DNA of 62,978 nucleotides, the filler included, from Chiloscyllium plagiosum (Eukaryota), in assembly GCF_004010195.1 (NCBI RefSeq). It is 10 parts of 9 records of this genome, joined end to end, with 100 filler letters (N's around TTAATTAATTAA, not from the genome) between each part and the next. Parts side by side here need not be neighbours in the genome. Positions count along the whole stretch, not along the records: positions 31,308 to 43,548 come from NC_057717.1; positions 43,649 to 48,368 come from NW_025212853.1; positions 48,469 to 52,623 come from NW_025214852.1; 7 more parts are not named here. One strand, written 5' to 3'. A program made the translations under genes and the position numbers. A model generated the notes under the pieces. The model searched no databases. It saw only the letters and a list, made by a program, of their open reading frames with translations, and had not been told where the DNA came from. Position 1 is the first letter of the stretch. Each line of letters opens with the position of its first letter. Positions 39,545 through 52,623 of the stretch are shown one piece after another.

Positions 39545-40070
39545 ATTCTGTTGATTAGATTCTGAGTTTGTTTTACTTGATTCTGTTGAATTGATTTGAT
39601 TGGATTTTGGCTTTGCTTTAGTTGATTCGGTTGAACTGTGTTGATTAGATTCTGACTTGGTTTTTACTTTGTTGAATTGTGTTGATTGGTTTTTGAAATT
39701 GTTTTATTTGATTCTGTTGAATTGAATTGGTTGGATTCTGATTATGTTTCAATCAAATCTGTTGTTTTGAGTTATTTGGATTCTGATTTTATTTTCCTTG
39801 ATTCTGTTGAATTGAGTTGATTGGATTTTGGCTTTGTTTTAGTTGATTCGGTTTGAACTGTGTTGATTGGATTCTAGACTTTGTTTTTACTTGGTTTTTT
39901 GAATTGTGTTGATTGGAATTGTTTTATTTGATTCTGTTGAATTGAATTGTTTGGATTCTGATTATGTTTCAGTCAAATCTGTTGTTTTGAGTTGATTGGA
40001 TTCTGATTTTATTTTCCTTGATTCTGTTGAATTGAGTTGATTGGATTCTTATTCATTTTGTGAAATTGAT
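39545..40070 (+). repeat. G/T-skewed degenerate tandem repeat array in the J-C intron
   Basis: About 45-bp units (TTGATTCTGTTGAATTGAGTTGATTGGATTCTGA...) arranged in about 220-bp higher-order repeats (39578-39798, 39799-40018, partial third). Confidence 0.9.
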
Positions 40071-41496
40071 CAGCGTTTTCATGCTTTCTGTAATCGGTGT
40101 TTTCTTTCTGGTGAGGAGATTGACTCTCTGGATTACTTTTCATTACCAATATTTGTGAAGTTCTTTTGTTTTTCATGAATCATTTCTGCATTTGTTAAAC
40201 TTATATGACACATTTTTCTCTGCTTGATTGAAAACATTACATCCATTTGTAACGGTCTGAAAAACAACTTAAGGCAGAAACCTGGAAGTGTGAGAAATGA
40301 AAAAAAACGAGTTTTAATGCATTGGCTTTTTAAAAAAAAACTCAGTTCTAATTGTAAACGAACTGAATTTTGTTTTGAGTAGCCTCATTCAAAATAAAAT
40401 TTGGGACTAAAATCTGAAACTGCAGAATTGATCAGATTATGTAATTGAAAGTAACTTATAATTATAATGTGGTAATATTTGTCCATTCAGTAATTTTGTT
40501 TTGACAATGAAGTGATTAATCAATATATGCCTTCAACCGCTCTACTGTGCGTTGCACAAGACTGTCACGATCAAGAAGGGTGTACAGGTTGGAAATAAAC
40601 TGAACTATTGCCAGAAACGTTACAGCTTTAAGTGTTAAGTCCCCTCACAAACAAGGCTGCTATTATGACTTGTTATTTCTATTCAATTTAATCATTAGTT
40701 TGCTGGATTCTGAGCAGCTTTGTTAGACTTCAATCTGGGTTTGTTTTGTGAGGTTACATCATGTTCTTGGTTCTGTTGAAAATGTTTGCAGAGCTATTTC
40801 TCATGCAAACACACCGTGTTTTGATCTGGTGATCATTGACCTGTTGAGGAGGGACTGTGCTTGGTTAACATTAAATGTGTTATATTTGGGAAACCGTTTC
40901 TGGTTTCTCCATTGTTTTTGCAATGTTAACACGGTTGGTGACAGTGAACCACTCCAGGTTCCTCATTCATTGCAATCAGCATGGGAGGTGAAATGTCATA
41001 AAGCCTATTATTAAGTGAAAGGCAAATCGCAAAGGTTTTAGAAATGAAGGGAAAACAGATACCTTCGGGCGCCATTTTTACTTAAAAGTAATAATTAATG
41101 ATTAATCTAATCCATGCTTTACAATCCAAATTCAGAACTCTATTATCTAGTTCAATCACAAGGTCTGTCTTTAAACAGTTTACAAGTCATCGAGAAATAT
41201 AAATAGAATTTCAAAAGTCTAATGTTCTAATAGTTCTTGCTCTTGAGCAAAAATGCCATGACTGTGTTATAATTGATCAAGAAACACCTTTCAATTCCGC
41301 TGTACACTACAAACATATTTTTCTGGCTGGAATGGATCATTGGCAAAGACCATTTGGAAATTCTGCTCAATTCTATGAAGATCAGGTCAGTTTCACTGCT
41401 TTGATCAGTTTCACACGTAACTTGAGTTAATTCATTGTTATGTCCCTGATTAAACTGGATTTACAGGATAAAAATAAAGCATTAACTGAATTATTG

Positions 41497-41792
41497 TGGG
41501 TGGCACGGTGACACAGTGGTGAGCACTGCTGCCTCACAGCGCCAGAGACCCTGGTTCAATTCCCGCCTCAGGCGACTGGCTGTGAGGAGTTTGCACAATC
41601 TCCCCGTGTCTGCGTGGGTTTCCTCCGGGTGCTCCGGTTTCCAAAAGTGTGCAGGTCAAGTAAATTGCCCGTAGTGTTAGGTGAAGGGGTAATTGTAGGA
41701 GAATGGGTCTGGGTAGGTTACGCTTCGGCGGGTCGGTGTGGACTTGTTGGGCCGAAGGGCCTGTTTCCACACTGTAAGTAATCTAATCTAAT
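41497..41792 (+). mobile_element. HE1-type SINE insertion specific to copy C
   Basis: Full tRNA head and (AATCT)n tail; the site is empty at about 24552 in B. Confidence 0.9.
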
Positions 41793-44559
41793 TTAATCTG
41801 CACAGTGCTTTAGGTGTTCCCAATCTGTGCATTTTAAATAAATAGTTACATTTTACAACAAAATATCAACTGAGGAGTCATTCTTTAGGAAACAACTGCT
41901 ATAGTGAATTATGTGTCCAAGGCCAAATTTCGAATTAATTAAAATAATCCACTCATGAACTCGCAGGGCAGCATGGTGGCTCAGTGGTTGGCACTGCTGC
42001 CTCACAGTGCCAGGGTTTCCTTCGGGCGCTCTGGCTTCCTACCACAGTCCAAAAGATGTGCAGGTCAGGTGATTGGCTGTGCTAAATTGCACACAGTGTT
42101 CAGGGGTGTGTAGGTTAGGGTGCATTAGTCAGGGATAAATATAAATTAGTGGGAATGGGTCTGGGTTGGCTACTTACTGTCCAGAGGGTCCGTGTGGAAT
42201 TGTTGGGCCAAATGGCCTGTTTCTATACTGTAGGAACCCTACTCTTAAAATCATGGGCGTGCTTGCTGCAAACGCAGTGAATTCATTTTACATCGATGTG
42301 TTCAGACGGATGCAGAGTTCACAAATTTGCAGAAGACATGAACTCAAGGATAACAGAGCACATTGTTTATTCAGACACTGAAAATAGAGTAATATTTATT
42401 TTAATAAATATACTTGACCGATTTATTGCAATGTAGCGATCGGAAGGAATCTGCTCACATTAGTTAAGTGTGACAATCATTTAGATTAGATTTCCTGCAG
42501 TATGTATCGGGCCATTTGGCCCAACAAGTCCACACCGACCCTCTGAAGAGTAACCCACCCAGATCCATTCCCCTACCCTATATTTACCCCTAATGCACCT
42601 AACACTATGGACGATACAGCATGACCAGTTCATCTGACATGCACATCTTCGGATTGTGGGAGGAAATCCATACAGACACAAGGGAGATTCTGTAAACTCC
42701 ACATAGGCAGTCACCCGAGGCTAGAACCGAGCCTGGGTACCTGGATCTGTGAGGCAGCAGTGCCCACATTTACTTAGACATCCGCTAAAGCGGGCAACTC
42801 CAGACAGAAGCATGTTTTCAATTCATACCTTTTTAAACATTTTAGTTCATTAAAAGCAGTTAACAAAAAAATGACCTTGCCCTAATTCCTTCAACAGAAA
42901 TGCTTTCCACACTGGAATGCAGTATTGACTTTATGCAGTGCATGCAAAATCTCCACAGTTCAAGGAACATTTTAAGAATATGTAAAAACAATTTAGAGAA
43001 TAATCCATTTCCTCCGGATCTGTGCTTTAATTGGCGATATTTCCCACCTCAATAATTTTGTTAAATACAATGACTTATTAAGTTTATTAACTCAGTGGTT
43101 ATTTATGTTCATTGTGAACACATTCTCGTTCACATTAATCCTCTGGTTAGTTCCTCTGATGAATGTTCAATTACAGTGAATATATTTGACGTGAGGAGTT
43201 GAGCAATCTATCCTCTAGGATTAAGTCTGTTGTGCAGTTTGTTTCAGTGCTATGTCTGACTAACTTGTCAATGGTCCTGACCATTTGTAAATTGTCCAGT
43301 TCGGATACCTGAATCTCAGACAGTTCAATTTCATCTCGCGCTTCAAAACCACTTTTATCTGCCAGAAATACAATATTCGATTAGGTGCCCCAGAATTGAG
43401 AGCCCTGAATAAGTTGTTCCAATTAGAACGAACGTTTCAGGAACAAAAGGCAGATAGCAAGAGTTTTGAAATTGGTTGTTGGCAACAAGAGATATTTGCT
43501 GCATATTTTCTTTGTGCCTCAGTTATGCAGGACATATTCCGTGGCACANNNNNNNNNNNNNNNNNNNNNNNNNNNNNNNNNNNNNNNNNNNNTTAATTAA
43601 TTAANNNNNNNNNNNNNNNNNNNNNNNNNNNNNNNNNNNNNNNNNNNNCCAATTAAATCTGTTGGACTATAACCTGGTGTTGTGTGATTTTTAACTTTGG
43701 GCCTACTGTTGTATTCTCTGTGCCTCTTTACTTCATTTTCCTCTTTTGAAATACTCTTGTAAAACTACGTGTTTCAGCAAAGATTAGTCATCTGCCATAT
43801 ATTTTATATTATCCTTTATCACAAGTTTCTTGATCCTGCCCTCATAGTGTGTTGTATGACATTTTTATTACATCCGCAAAAAGTAATCAATTCTAATCAA
43901 TCAGCTCTGTACTGTTTGTAATGCCTTCAGATCCTTCTTAAAGCGAAGAGATTAACTGGATGCAATGCTCTAAATGAGGTCTAATTAATGACTGTTACAA
44001 TTTCAATATAATCTCCTCTCATTTGTCTGTATTCCGTTAATGATGAAGACTACAATGGTGTAGATATTTACGATCAAACTATTCAGAGATGTTATTACAC
44101 ATCTATGGAGCAAGTGGGATTTGAACCCAATATCTTAGTCCCGAGTTAGCAACAATATCATTGCACCACCAAAAGCCCTAATCAGATATTGTGTGCTTGA
44201 CTAACTACTCTGTCACCCTTTCCTACCACTTTCAATGCACGAACGCATGCACATTTCTCTTCTAGGATTTAATTCACGTGACGGTTGTCTATCCTTAATT
44301 TTCCTGGAAACAGTAGTGGTAAGCCACCTTATTGAACTGGTTCAGTTCGTATAGAGTAGGGGTGTCCACAATGCTGTTGGAAAAGAGGTTTCAGATTTTG
44401 ACGCAGCAACAGGGAGGAAACAATGATGCATTTCCAGAATATTACATTGGCTTGGAGGTGAACTTAAAATGGTAATGTTTCAATGCATCTGCTGGAGTTG
44501 TCCTTCTGGGAGATCGATACTGCAAGTTTGGGTAATTTTACCAAGGGATCCCCTAGGCA

Positions 44560-46950
44560 GCAATAATCACAATGTAGTTAACTTTAATTTAAGGGACAAA
44601 GAATGTGACGAAGGCTCATGTTTTAAATTTTCAATCACAGCAGTTATTGTCTGCTTAAGACAGAGACGAATGAATTGAATTTGAAATTATTTTAAGGGTT
44701 AGATCAACAGAGAGAAAAGGCCAGTCATTTTAGACGTATTTCATAAAACGCAGCTGAAATATATTCCAGCGAGAAAGAATGACTCTTCATGAAAAATACA
44801 CTGCTTGTGGTTATCTAAGGAAGTTAAATAAACGAAAAAAGCCATGCAATTCTAAAGGTTAGTGATCATAAGATTGCTTCAGTTGAATAACAAGAAACTA
44901 AATTATAAGAATGAGGAAGCTATGGTTCAAGAAAGATCTAATTAGAAATCAGAATTTCTACAGGCATTTAAAAATGAAACTTAAAAATAAAATGAGCAGT
45001 GTTTCTCTGTGGAATGAATCTAAAGAATCTAATGAAGTAGAATGTAAAAAAATGGCAGATGAATTAAATTGATTTTTTACATAAGCCTTCATTTTAGAGG
45101 GCACTAATTGCACGTCAGAAATATTCACAGATCGGGGCGTGAAAGGGCGTGATGAACTTGGAGCAACTGCAATCACGGAAGATATATTGAGAGAAAAATA
45201 TCTGAACTAAAAATTTACAGATCTAGAATTCACCCTCAAATCTTTAAAAATAGTGGTTGCTGACACATTCGATACATTTGGCTTTATTCTTACAAAATTT
45301 CCGATGTTCCGAATTAGAACATGGGATTGGATAAGGCAAGGCCACTCTTCTGCATAAGGAAGGCAGAGAGCAGGAAGATATGGGCCAGATAGCTTGACAT
45401 CACACTGAAACCTATTACTAAGGAGATCATAACAGAGGACTTAAAATAGCTCCACGGCTATCAGGCAAAATTAAGATAGTTCTGTAATAAAGAAGATGCG
45501 ATGAACGAATTTATTGAAGTTCTTTAAGAAGTAACAATCAACATGCATAAAAAGTGATCATAGCTGTGTTTTCGTTGAATATTCATATGACATTTAATAA
45601 GGTGCCACATTAAAAGTTGCTGAATAACCTAAGAACTCTCGATGTAAGTGTTGACCTCAGATGGAGGATCGGTTATCTATCAGAACATGGAGAGGATGTA
45701 TGAAAGAGCCATTTTTGGTTTGGCAACATGAAACGAGTAGAGTCCACAAGAATCATTTCTTAGTCCTCGACTATTTACTTTTATATCAATGATTTTGTTC
45801 ATGAGCCAGAATACATAGCGGTAAAATCGGCTGATAACACCGGCACGGTGGCTCAGTGGTTAGCACTGCTGCGTCACAGCATCCGGGTTCGATTGCAGCC
45901 TTGGGCGACTGTCTGTGTGGCTTTTGCACATTCTCCCTGTGTATGTGTGGGTTTTCTCCCGGTGCTCCGGTTTCCTTCCACAATCCAAACGTGAATTGGC
46001 CATAGTGCTAGGTGCATTAGTCAGAGGGCAATGGGTTTGGGTGGGTTACTCTTCAAAGGGTTGGTGTGGACTAGTTGGACTAGAGGGACCTAGTGGACTA
46101 GAAGGACCTGTTTCCGCACTGTAGGGAATCTAATCTGAATGTTAGTTAGGGTAGTAAATTGAGAAGAGGAAATTAGGAGTCTGAAAAGGAAAGTAAGTGA
46201 ATGCGTAAAAAGTTGTCAGATGACGCATAATGTGGGCATATCCACTTTTGTACAAAGTATAGTAACACAGCATGTTAATTGTAATTGAGCGAACTCTGAG
46301 GGTACAGGAGAATGTGTGTGTACTGATGATTCATACCAACTGGTTTGCAACCAGTGATTAAGAATGCAAATGGAAAGGTGTCATTTATTTCATGGAAAAT
46401 AGAAGCTAAAAATGTTTTGCTGCAGTCGTACAGAGAGTTGGTGAGACCATATCTGGAATACTAAGTACAGTTCTGTTGCTTCATTTGAGAAAGGACGTAA
46501 TTGCAAAAACAGTTCAGAAGTGGATATCCAGTAAAATGGGGGTATCTTATAAGGTACATTTCGACAAATTGATCTTTTATGCATTTGCATTCAGAAGAAC
46601 GAAGGTGATCTTCTTCATATGATTCTGAGGGAATTGACAGGATAGAAGTTAAAATGGATATTTCTCTTGCTTTAGAAACTAAAATTAGGAGCCATAGTTT
46701 AACAATAAGGGATCTCCCGTTTAAAACTAAGACAACATATTTTCTCTGCCAAAACGTTCTGAAACTATTGAATTCTGTTCTGTAGAGAGCAGTGGAAGCA
46801 GGATGATTAAATATTTTTAAGGCAGAGATAGACGGATTCTTGACTAACAAGATACTTAAAGAGCAACGGGGCAGCAGTTAAGTTGAGCTAAGGGACATAT
46901 TGAAATTAACAATTTTCTTCCCAATTAGGCGAATAGCCTGCTCCTGCTCC
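44560..46950 (+). mobile_element. Old degenerate CR1 LINE ORF2 interrupted by an HE1 SINE (about 45840-46136)
   Basis: Decayed motifs resembling FNKVPH, LVRPYLEY.VQF and LNIFKAEIDGFL; boundaries approximate. Confidence 0.7.
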
Positions 46951-48134
46951 GAGTTGTACTTTTGCTTGAAACTTTGTGATTTGCTGTCGCACATCATGTA
47001 TGTGGCACACTCCATTCTATTGTCTGCTATTGGTGGACATATTGAATGTTTATGATCGTGGATAAGCTACCAAGTTATTGTGGCAGCCTTATCCTGGTTG
47101 ACAGAAAGCCTCTCAAGAGCTGTTGTAGCTCGACTCATCCAGGCGAGAGGAGAACTTTCCACCACATTCCCGACTTGTGATTGATAAAGTGGGACTTTCT
47201 TTCATGTCAGTTAGTCCAGCAGAATAGTTGGTTTCCGGCCTGCTCTTTCAGACACAAATTTAAATGGCTCGTCTAATTATGTTTCTGGTCAGTGATGCAG
47301 CACACAGTGTTGATGCTGGGTCATTGGGTGGTAATGCCGTTGAATTTCAAGCACCTTTACTTAGGTCTTTATCCCAGGTCACACAATGCATTTTTACTGG
47401 TTAAGAAAAAAGGATTAGAAAGAAAGTTAAAATGTGCCAATAAATTTGATAAAGAAAAACGATTCTCTGTGATGATACATCTAGACAAGTAGGCAAACAT
47501 TAACTTAAGTACTAGGGGCTCTGGGCGTACTATGAGGATTCATTCCTTTGCACACGTTATCGGGTGAGTTATTGGTGTTCAAGACGTGTATATAAAACAA
47601 AGGCAGGAAGCTACAGCAACGACATGTTTATTTCATGATCAAGTTGAAAAGCAAAGCGGCGTTTATGAACGAATTGATCTTTTTAATGTTGCCTCGAGGC
47701 AAAATGACATCTTCCTGTGTCTAGGTAATAGGATCAAAGTAGGGCTTTCTGCTTTGGTACAACAAAATCAAGGGAGGTTGAAATTGCTTCTACCTATGGT
47801 TGTGTAACCAGTATCGTCAGGGATTATTGGCCTCTGGTATGCTTTTACTGAAGAATTTTGTTTCATAATCCTAGATCGACCTCTGTTGTTCTTTTGCAGA
47901 AGTGCATTGCCATTTCAGAACATCTTTTTAAAAATAAATTCTCCCTTCATTCGTTTAATTTTACATCCTACTTTGCGTTCTGTCTAATTATCTTTCAAAC
48001 ACATTATTTATTTTTGTTAACTTTCTTTCTGTCTTTTTTGTCTCTTGTTATTGTAAAAACTCGCGGACGTTGCAAAATAACCCGAATAGGCGTGGTTTTA
48101 TTTTTCATAGTGATATGTTTCCTGCGGCCTTTGG

Positions 48135-48368
48135 AGTTCTTGTTCAGCTGCTTTATCTCTTTGAGTCATTGTGAAGACTCCAGGCGCAATAATACATGGC
48201 TGAGTGATTGGCTTGGAGCCTGGACGTCTTCAGGTTGAACATGGACCCTGTCATTCGCTCGGCAATGAAACCGTCCACTGTCTCCATTGGATCCACAGCA
48301 CCGGTGGTAACGGAGTAAAACAGCAACTGCAGTTCTTTCCCCGGGAATTGTCTGTACCAGTACATTGC
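48135..48368 (-). CDS. TRBV: TCR beta V segment, 3' part (TRBV30-like; coding to 48174) with 23-RSS
   Basis: MYWYRQFPGKELQLLFYSV...SAMYYCAWS, followed by CACAATG-23 nt-ACAAGAACT; the 5' end is cut by the contig edge. Confidence 0.85.
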
Positions 48369-48468
48369 NNNNNNNNNNNNNNNNNNNNNNNNNNNNNNNN
48401 NNNNNNNNNNNNTTAATTAATTAANNNNNNNNNNNNNNNNNNNNNNNNNNNNNNNNNNNNNNNNNNNN

Positions 48469-48670
48469 CAGCGGGAAGGTCAGAAACCCTCTCTCCTGAT
48501 CGCCAGTGCACAACTCGATTCACAGGAGTCTCCGAGCAATTCAGCGGCAATGGATCAGGGACCAGTTTCACCCTGACAATCAGCAATGTTCAGAATGAGG
48601 ATGTCGCTGACTATTACTGTCAGCAACGTTACAGCTGGCCTTCACGGTGATACAGAGCCGTACAAAAACC
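48469..48670 (+). pseudogene. IGKV: Ig light chain kappa-type (NS4-like) V, 3' part, 1-nt frameshift, 12-RSS
   Basis: [11 protein letters not shown]..[-1 nt near 48510]..[43 protein letters not shown]; CACGGTG-12-ACAAAAACC at 48643-48670. Confidence 0.9.
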
Positions 48671-49064
48671 TCAATGTGCACAGCACCACCACCTGTACTG
48701 ACACATTCCACATTTTTGTGACATACACACAGTCCCACCTCCTGCACTGACACATCCACAGTTATATGTAAATGAAATTGAACAAATTACCCCATACCAG
48801 GATTGTCACTGTACACGCCACACTCCAGTCCTTGTGGTGTCCACTGCTCACTGAAGGCCTCACGTTTCCCTCTTACACTCCATGGCCACACGTGAAGAGC
48901 AGCTGCAAGATTTAACATCGAAAAATAAAGTTCACAAACTGCACAAGCCCAGCTGGACACAACCCAAAGAGACAGAGGGAGGGCAGGGAGAGGGTGAGAC
49001 TGAATAAGAGACAGAGAGAGAGACAGGGAGAGGTTGAGAGTGAGGGAGGGAAGCAGAGAGCAGA

Positions 49065-49138
49065 AGTTTTTGTCCAGCCTCTGCACTGGGAGCTCTTACT
49101 ATGGCGTACGTTCCGTAAAGGAACCAAGCTCAGACTGA
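49065..49138 (+). pseudogene. IGKJ: Kappa-type J (49104-49138) with damaged 23-RSS
   Basis: AGTTTTTGT-23-TACTATG (terminal GTG lost), then RTFRKGTKLRL (FGxG changed to FRKG) and a |gtaag donor. Confidence 0.88.
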
Positions 49139-49629
49139 GTAAGCAAACCTCAATCATCCATTATTAACCCGTTCAATCTCTAACCACAATTTATAAAACA
49201 CAAATACTGAATTGTTGAAGTGTTGCAGTGAAGGAAATATTTTATTGAGGAACACCGCGATACCATACGGTGTACACCTGTATTTCTGTAGTCCTATAAC
49301 CCCGTTAAAAAGCAAGATATAAGTCAGTCAGTTTTACTCACCGTGTGGAGGAGCTCTGTCCACTTGCAGCCTGTGGTCCCATTCCTGCAGCATGGAATGA
49401 AATCAGTGAGTAGCCTCCTGCCAGTCTCAGTGTGACAGACGCGGGCAGATTTTAATGTGAGATCTGGAATGATCTTTGGGAATATTTTTTGCCATTTCTA
49501 TAAAATTTCACCTGCTTTCTGAATGATTCATATTATCTATGTCCCTCATGATTTTATAAACCTCTATGTTGTCACTCCTCAGACTCTTTCACTTCAGGGG
49601 AAAAATGTCTCAGCTTTTCCAGCTGCTCA

Positions 49630-50520
49630 TATTCATGGAGTCATACAGCGTGGAAACAAACATTTCAGTCCAACTTGCCCGTGTTAACCAGATATCCTAA
49701 ACTGACCTCATCCCATTTGCCAGCATTTGGCTTACATCCCTCTAAACCCTTCCTGTCCATGTTCCCATCCCAATGTGTTTTAAATGTTATAATTTTATCC
49801 GCCTCCCACACTTTCTCTAGCAGCTCGATCCAGACACACACCACCCTCTGCGTGACAAGTTGCCGCTCGGGTCCCTTTTGACTCTTTTGTCTCTCACCTT
49901 AAACCTATGTCATCTTGTTTTGGACTCCCCTTGCCAAGGAAAAGACCATGGATATACACCCTGTCCATGTCCCTCATGATTTTATGCACATCTATAAGGT
50001 CACCCCGAGGCCTTAGATGCTGCAGGGAAAATAGGCCGATTTCTTCAGCCTCTCCCGACAGCCGAAACCCTCCAATTCCTGGCCATATCCTTGTAAATCT
50101 TTTTCGCTGTCTTTTAAGTTTAACAACATCCTTCCTATCTCAGGATGATCAGAATTGTTCACATTATTCCCAAAGTGGCCTCACCACCTGCTGTACAACT
50201 GCAAAATGATGTCCCAACTCCTATACTCAATGCAGTGACCAAGAAAAGCAAGCACACCCAACACCTTCTTCATCTCCCTGTCTACCTGTGACTCCACTGT
50301 CAAGGAATAATGCACCTGCACCTGCACCTTCACCCCTCGGTCTATTTGTTCAGCAAATCTCCGCAGGGCCCTACCATTAACTGTAAAAGTCCTGCCATGG
50401 TTTGGCTTTGCAAAGTACAGCACTCACATTTATCTGAATTAAACTTCATCTGCTATTCCTCAGCCCACTGGCCCAGTTGGTCAAGTTCCCATTGTACTCT
50501 TAGACAGCCTTCTTCACTGG
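49630..50520 (-). mobile_element. CR1 LINE 3' fragment
   Basis: ORF2 C-terminal motifs (IEYRSWDIILQLY) and 3' tail. Confidence 0.8.
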
Positions 50521-50759
50521 ACACAATGCCACCTGAAAATTCATCTGAACACACTCTCACAACTCTGGCCCCTCCCTGCCTGTTAAACTGCTACTACCCA
50601 GTCTATATTCAAAAACTAAAGAGCCATTTATAATGACTCTATCACGTTTGCTGGTATCTGTAATTACTTGCATTTGTATTCCTCTGTATCCTTCCCACTG
50701 GGTGCTGACTTATTGACTGCTCTGAGGATTCTGTGGTCCTTGGTGTTCCTCACTGATTA

Positions 50760-51660
50760 TCCCCCCTGGCTCCCACAGCCCAGCCAAGTTAGTTTAAACC
50801 CTCTCCAACAGCACTAGTAAATCACCCCAAAGGAACTCAGTCCCAGCTCAGTTCAGGAACAACGCTGTCTGGTCTGTCCAGGTCTCATCTCCCCCAGACC
50901 CACTCCCAATGCCCAAAAATCTAAAGCCCTCCCACTGGATCTTCTTTCCAGCTTCACATTCACCTGTGTTATCCTCCTGTTCCTATTCTCACTTGGGTGG
51001 GGCACTGGGAGCAATCCGGAGATTCTTACTGTTGAGCTCCCAGTGCTAATTCCCTCCAGAGCCCCCTAAATTCTGACTGCAGGACCACATCCCTTTTCTC
51101 CCTCTGTCACTAGGACTGATGTGGACCATGACTGCTGACTGTTCCCCTTCTCCCCTCAGGGTGCTCTGCAGCCGCTCAGAGACATCCTTGACCCTGACAC
51201 CAGGGAGACAACACACCATCCTGGATTCCCATCTGCAACTGCAGAAACATCTATCGATTGCTCTCACTCTCGAATCTCCTCTCACTATCCCTCTTCCAGT
51301 CTTACTTGTGCCCCCCTGTACAGCTGAACCCTCCACCTTGGTGCTAGGGACTTGGCTCTGGCTGCACTTCAGAGATGAACCATCATTCTCATCAGGATTC
51401 TGAACTGAATCCCAGTTGGAGAATGGGATGCACACAGGGGATTCCTCTACTAGCTACCTGGTCCTTTTGGACTGTCTGCTGCTCCCCCATTCCCTCTCTC
51501 CCTGCATACTCTGCAACTGCAGAGTGACCACATCTAGAAACGTGCTCTCCACGGAGCTCTCAGCCTCACGGATGCTCCGCACTGACACCAGCTGCTGCTC
51601 AAGCTCCGGAACCCGGAGCACCAACTGCTGTCACTGACCACACTTCCTGTGCTCATGATA
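50760..51660 (-). mobile_element. CR1 LINE ORF1 (SGNH esterase-like) remnant
   Basis: GIVRGDSRVRAIDRCFC..ESRMVCCLPGVRVKDVSERLQSTLRGEGEQSAVMVHI is characteristic of CR1 ORF1. Confidence 0.85.
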
Positions 51661-51824
51661 TTCCAAGAGCTAAGAAGCATTCTGAAGTTCCCACCTAAAT
51701 GCACACTCTCTTCACCCTTTTGTCATCTCTTGGCAAAGTTCTGATGACAAACAGTTACAGCAGGGCTCACAGTCCTGTGGGTTCAGTGTTCCAGGGTTTT
51801 GGGGAAACTCTCCAGAAGACTTTA

Positions 51825-52623
51825 AGAAATAGGGGCAGAAATCAGCCATTCAGCCCATGGAATCTGCTCTGCCATTTGATCTTGGCAGAAATGCTTCTCA
51901 ACCCCATTCTCCTGCCTACTCCACAGGAACGTTCGATCCCCTTAACTATCACGAACCTATCTATCTTTGTCTGAAATACACTCAGTGACTTGGCCTCCAC
52001 TTCCCTCTGTAGCAATAAGTTCCACAGATTCACCACCCTCTGGCTGAAGAAATTCCTCCTCATCTCAACTCTAAAGGGTCGGCCCTTCATTCTGAGGCTG
52101 TGTCTTGGTTACCGAGTCTCTCCTGTTTTTGGAAACATCTTTTCCACAACCACTCTATCCAGGCTGATCAGTATTCAGCAAATTTAAATAAGATTCCTCC
52201 TCATCCTTTTAAACTCCATCGAGTACAGACCCAGAGTCCTCAACCGCACCTCATATGACAAGCCCTTCATCCCCAGGATCATTCGTGTAAACCCCTCCAA
52301 TGCCAGCACATCGTTTCTTAGAACATGGGTCCCAAACCTGCTCACAATATTCCAAATGCAGTCTGACCAGAGCCTTACACAGCCTCAGCACTACATCTCT
52401 GCTCTTGTATTCTGGCCCTATTGAAATGAATGCTTGCATTTCATTTGCCTTCCCAAGCACAAACTGGACCTGTCTGTTCACCTGAAGAGAAACCTGAATG
52501 AGGTTTGTGCTTTAGATTTCCAAAAGCTTTCCTTATTTAGAAAACAGTCTTTGCATCTCTTCTTCCCACCAAAGTGCATAACCTCACACTGTAACACATT
52601 GTATTCTATCTGCCAATTCTTTG
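51825..52623 (-). mobile_element. CR1 LINE 3' fragment
   Basis: KALVRLHLEYCEQVW and RRNFFSQRVVNLWN motifs. Confidence 0.88.

Larger units (their letters stand above)
27365..43548 (+). repeat. Segmental duplication copy C (two contigs joined by the linker at 31252)
   Basis: Collinear with copy B; about 0.9 kb of B (about 14375-15260) is unrepresented at the linker, so the two halves may be different paralogues. Confidence 0.85.

Noticed and set aside
41497-41570. tRNA genes (also about 44105-44170 and 45840-45900)
   Set aside because: The tRNA-like A/B boxes at 41497 and 45840 run into HE1 SINE bodies, and the 44105-44170 copy is too degenerate; no complete cloverleaf.
47858-48238. Hydrophobic 126-aa ORF as a membrane protein
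   Set aside because: T-rich low-complexity sequence antisense to the TCR V RSS flank, with a non-ATG start.
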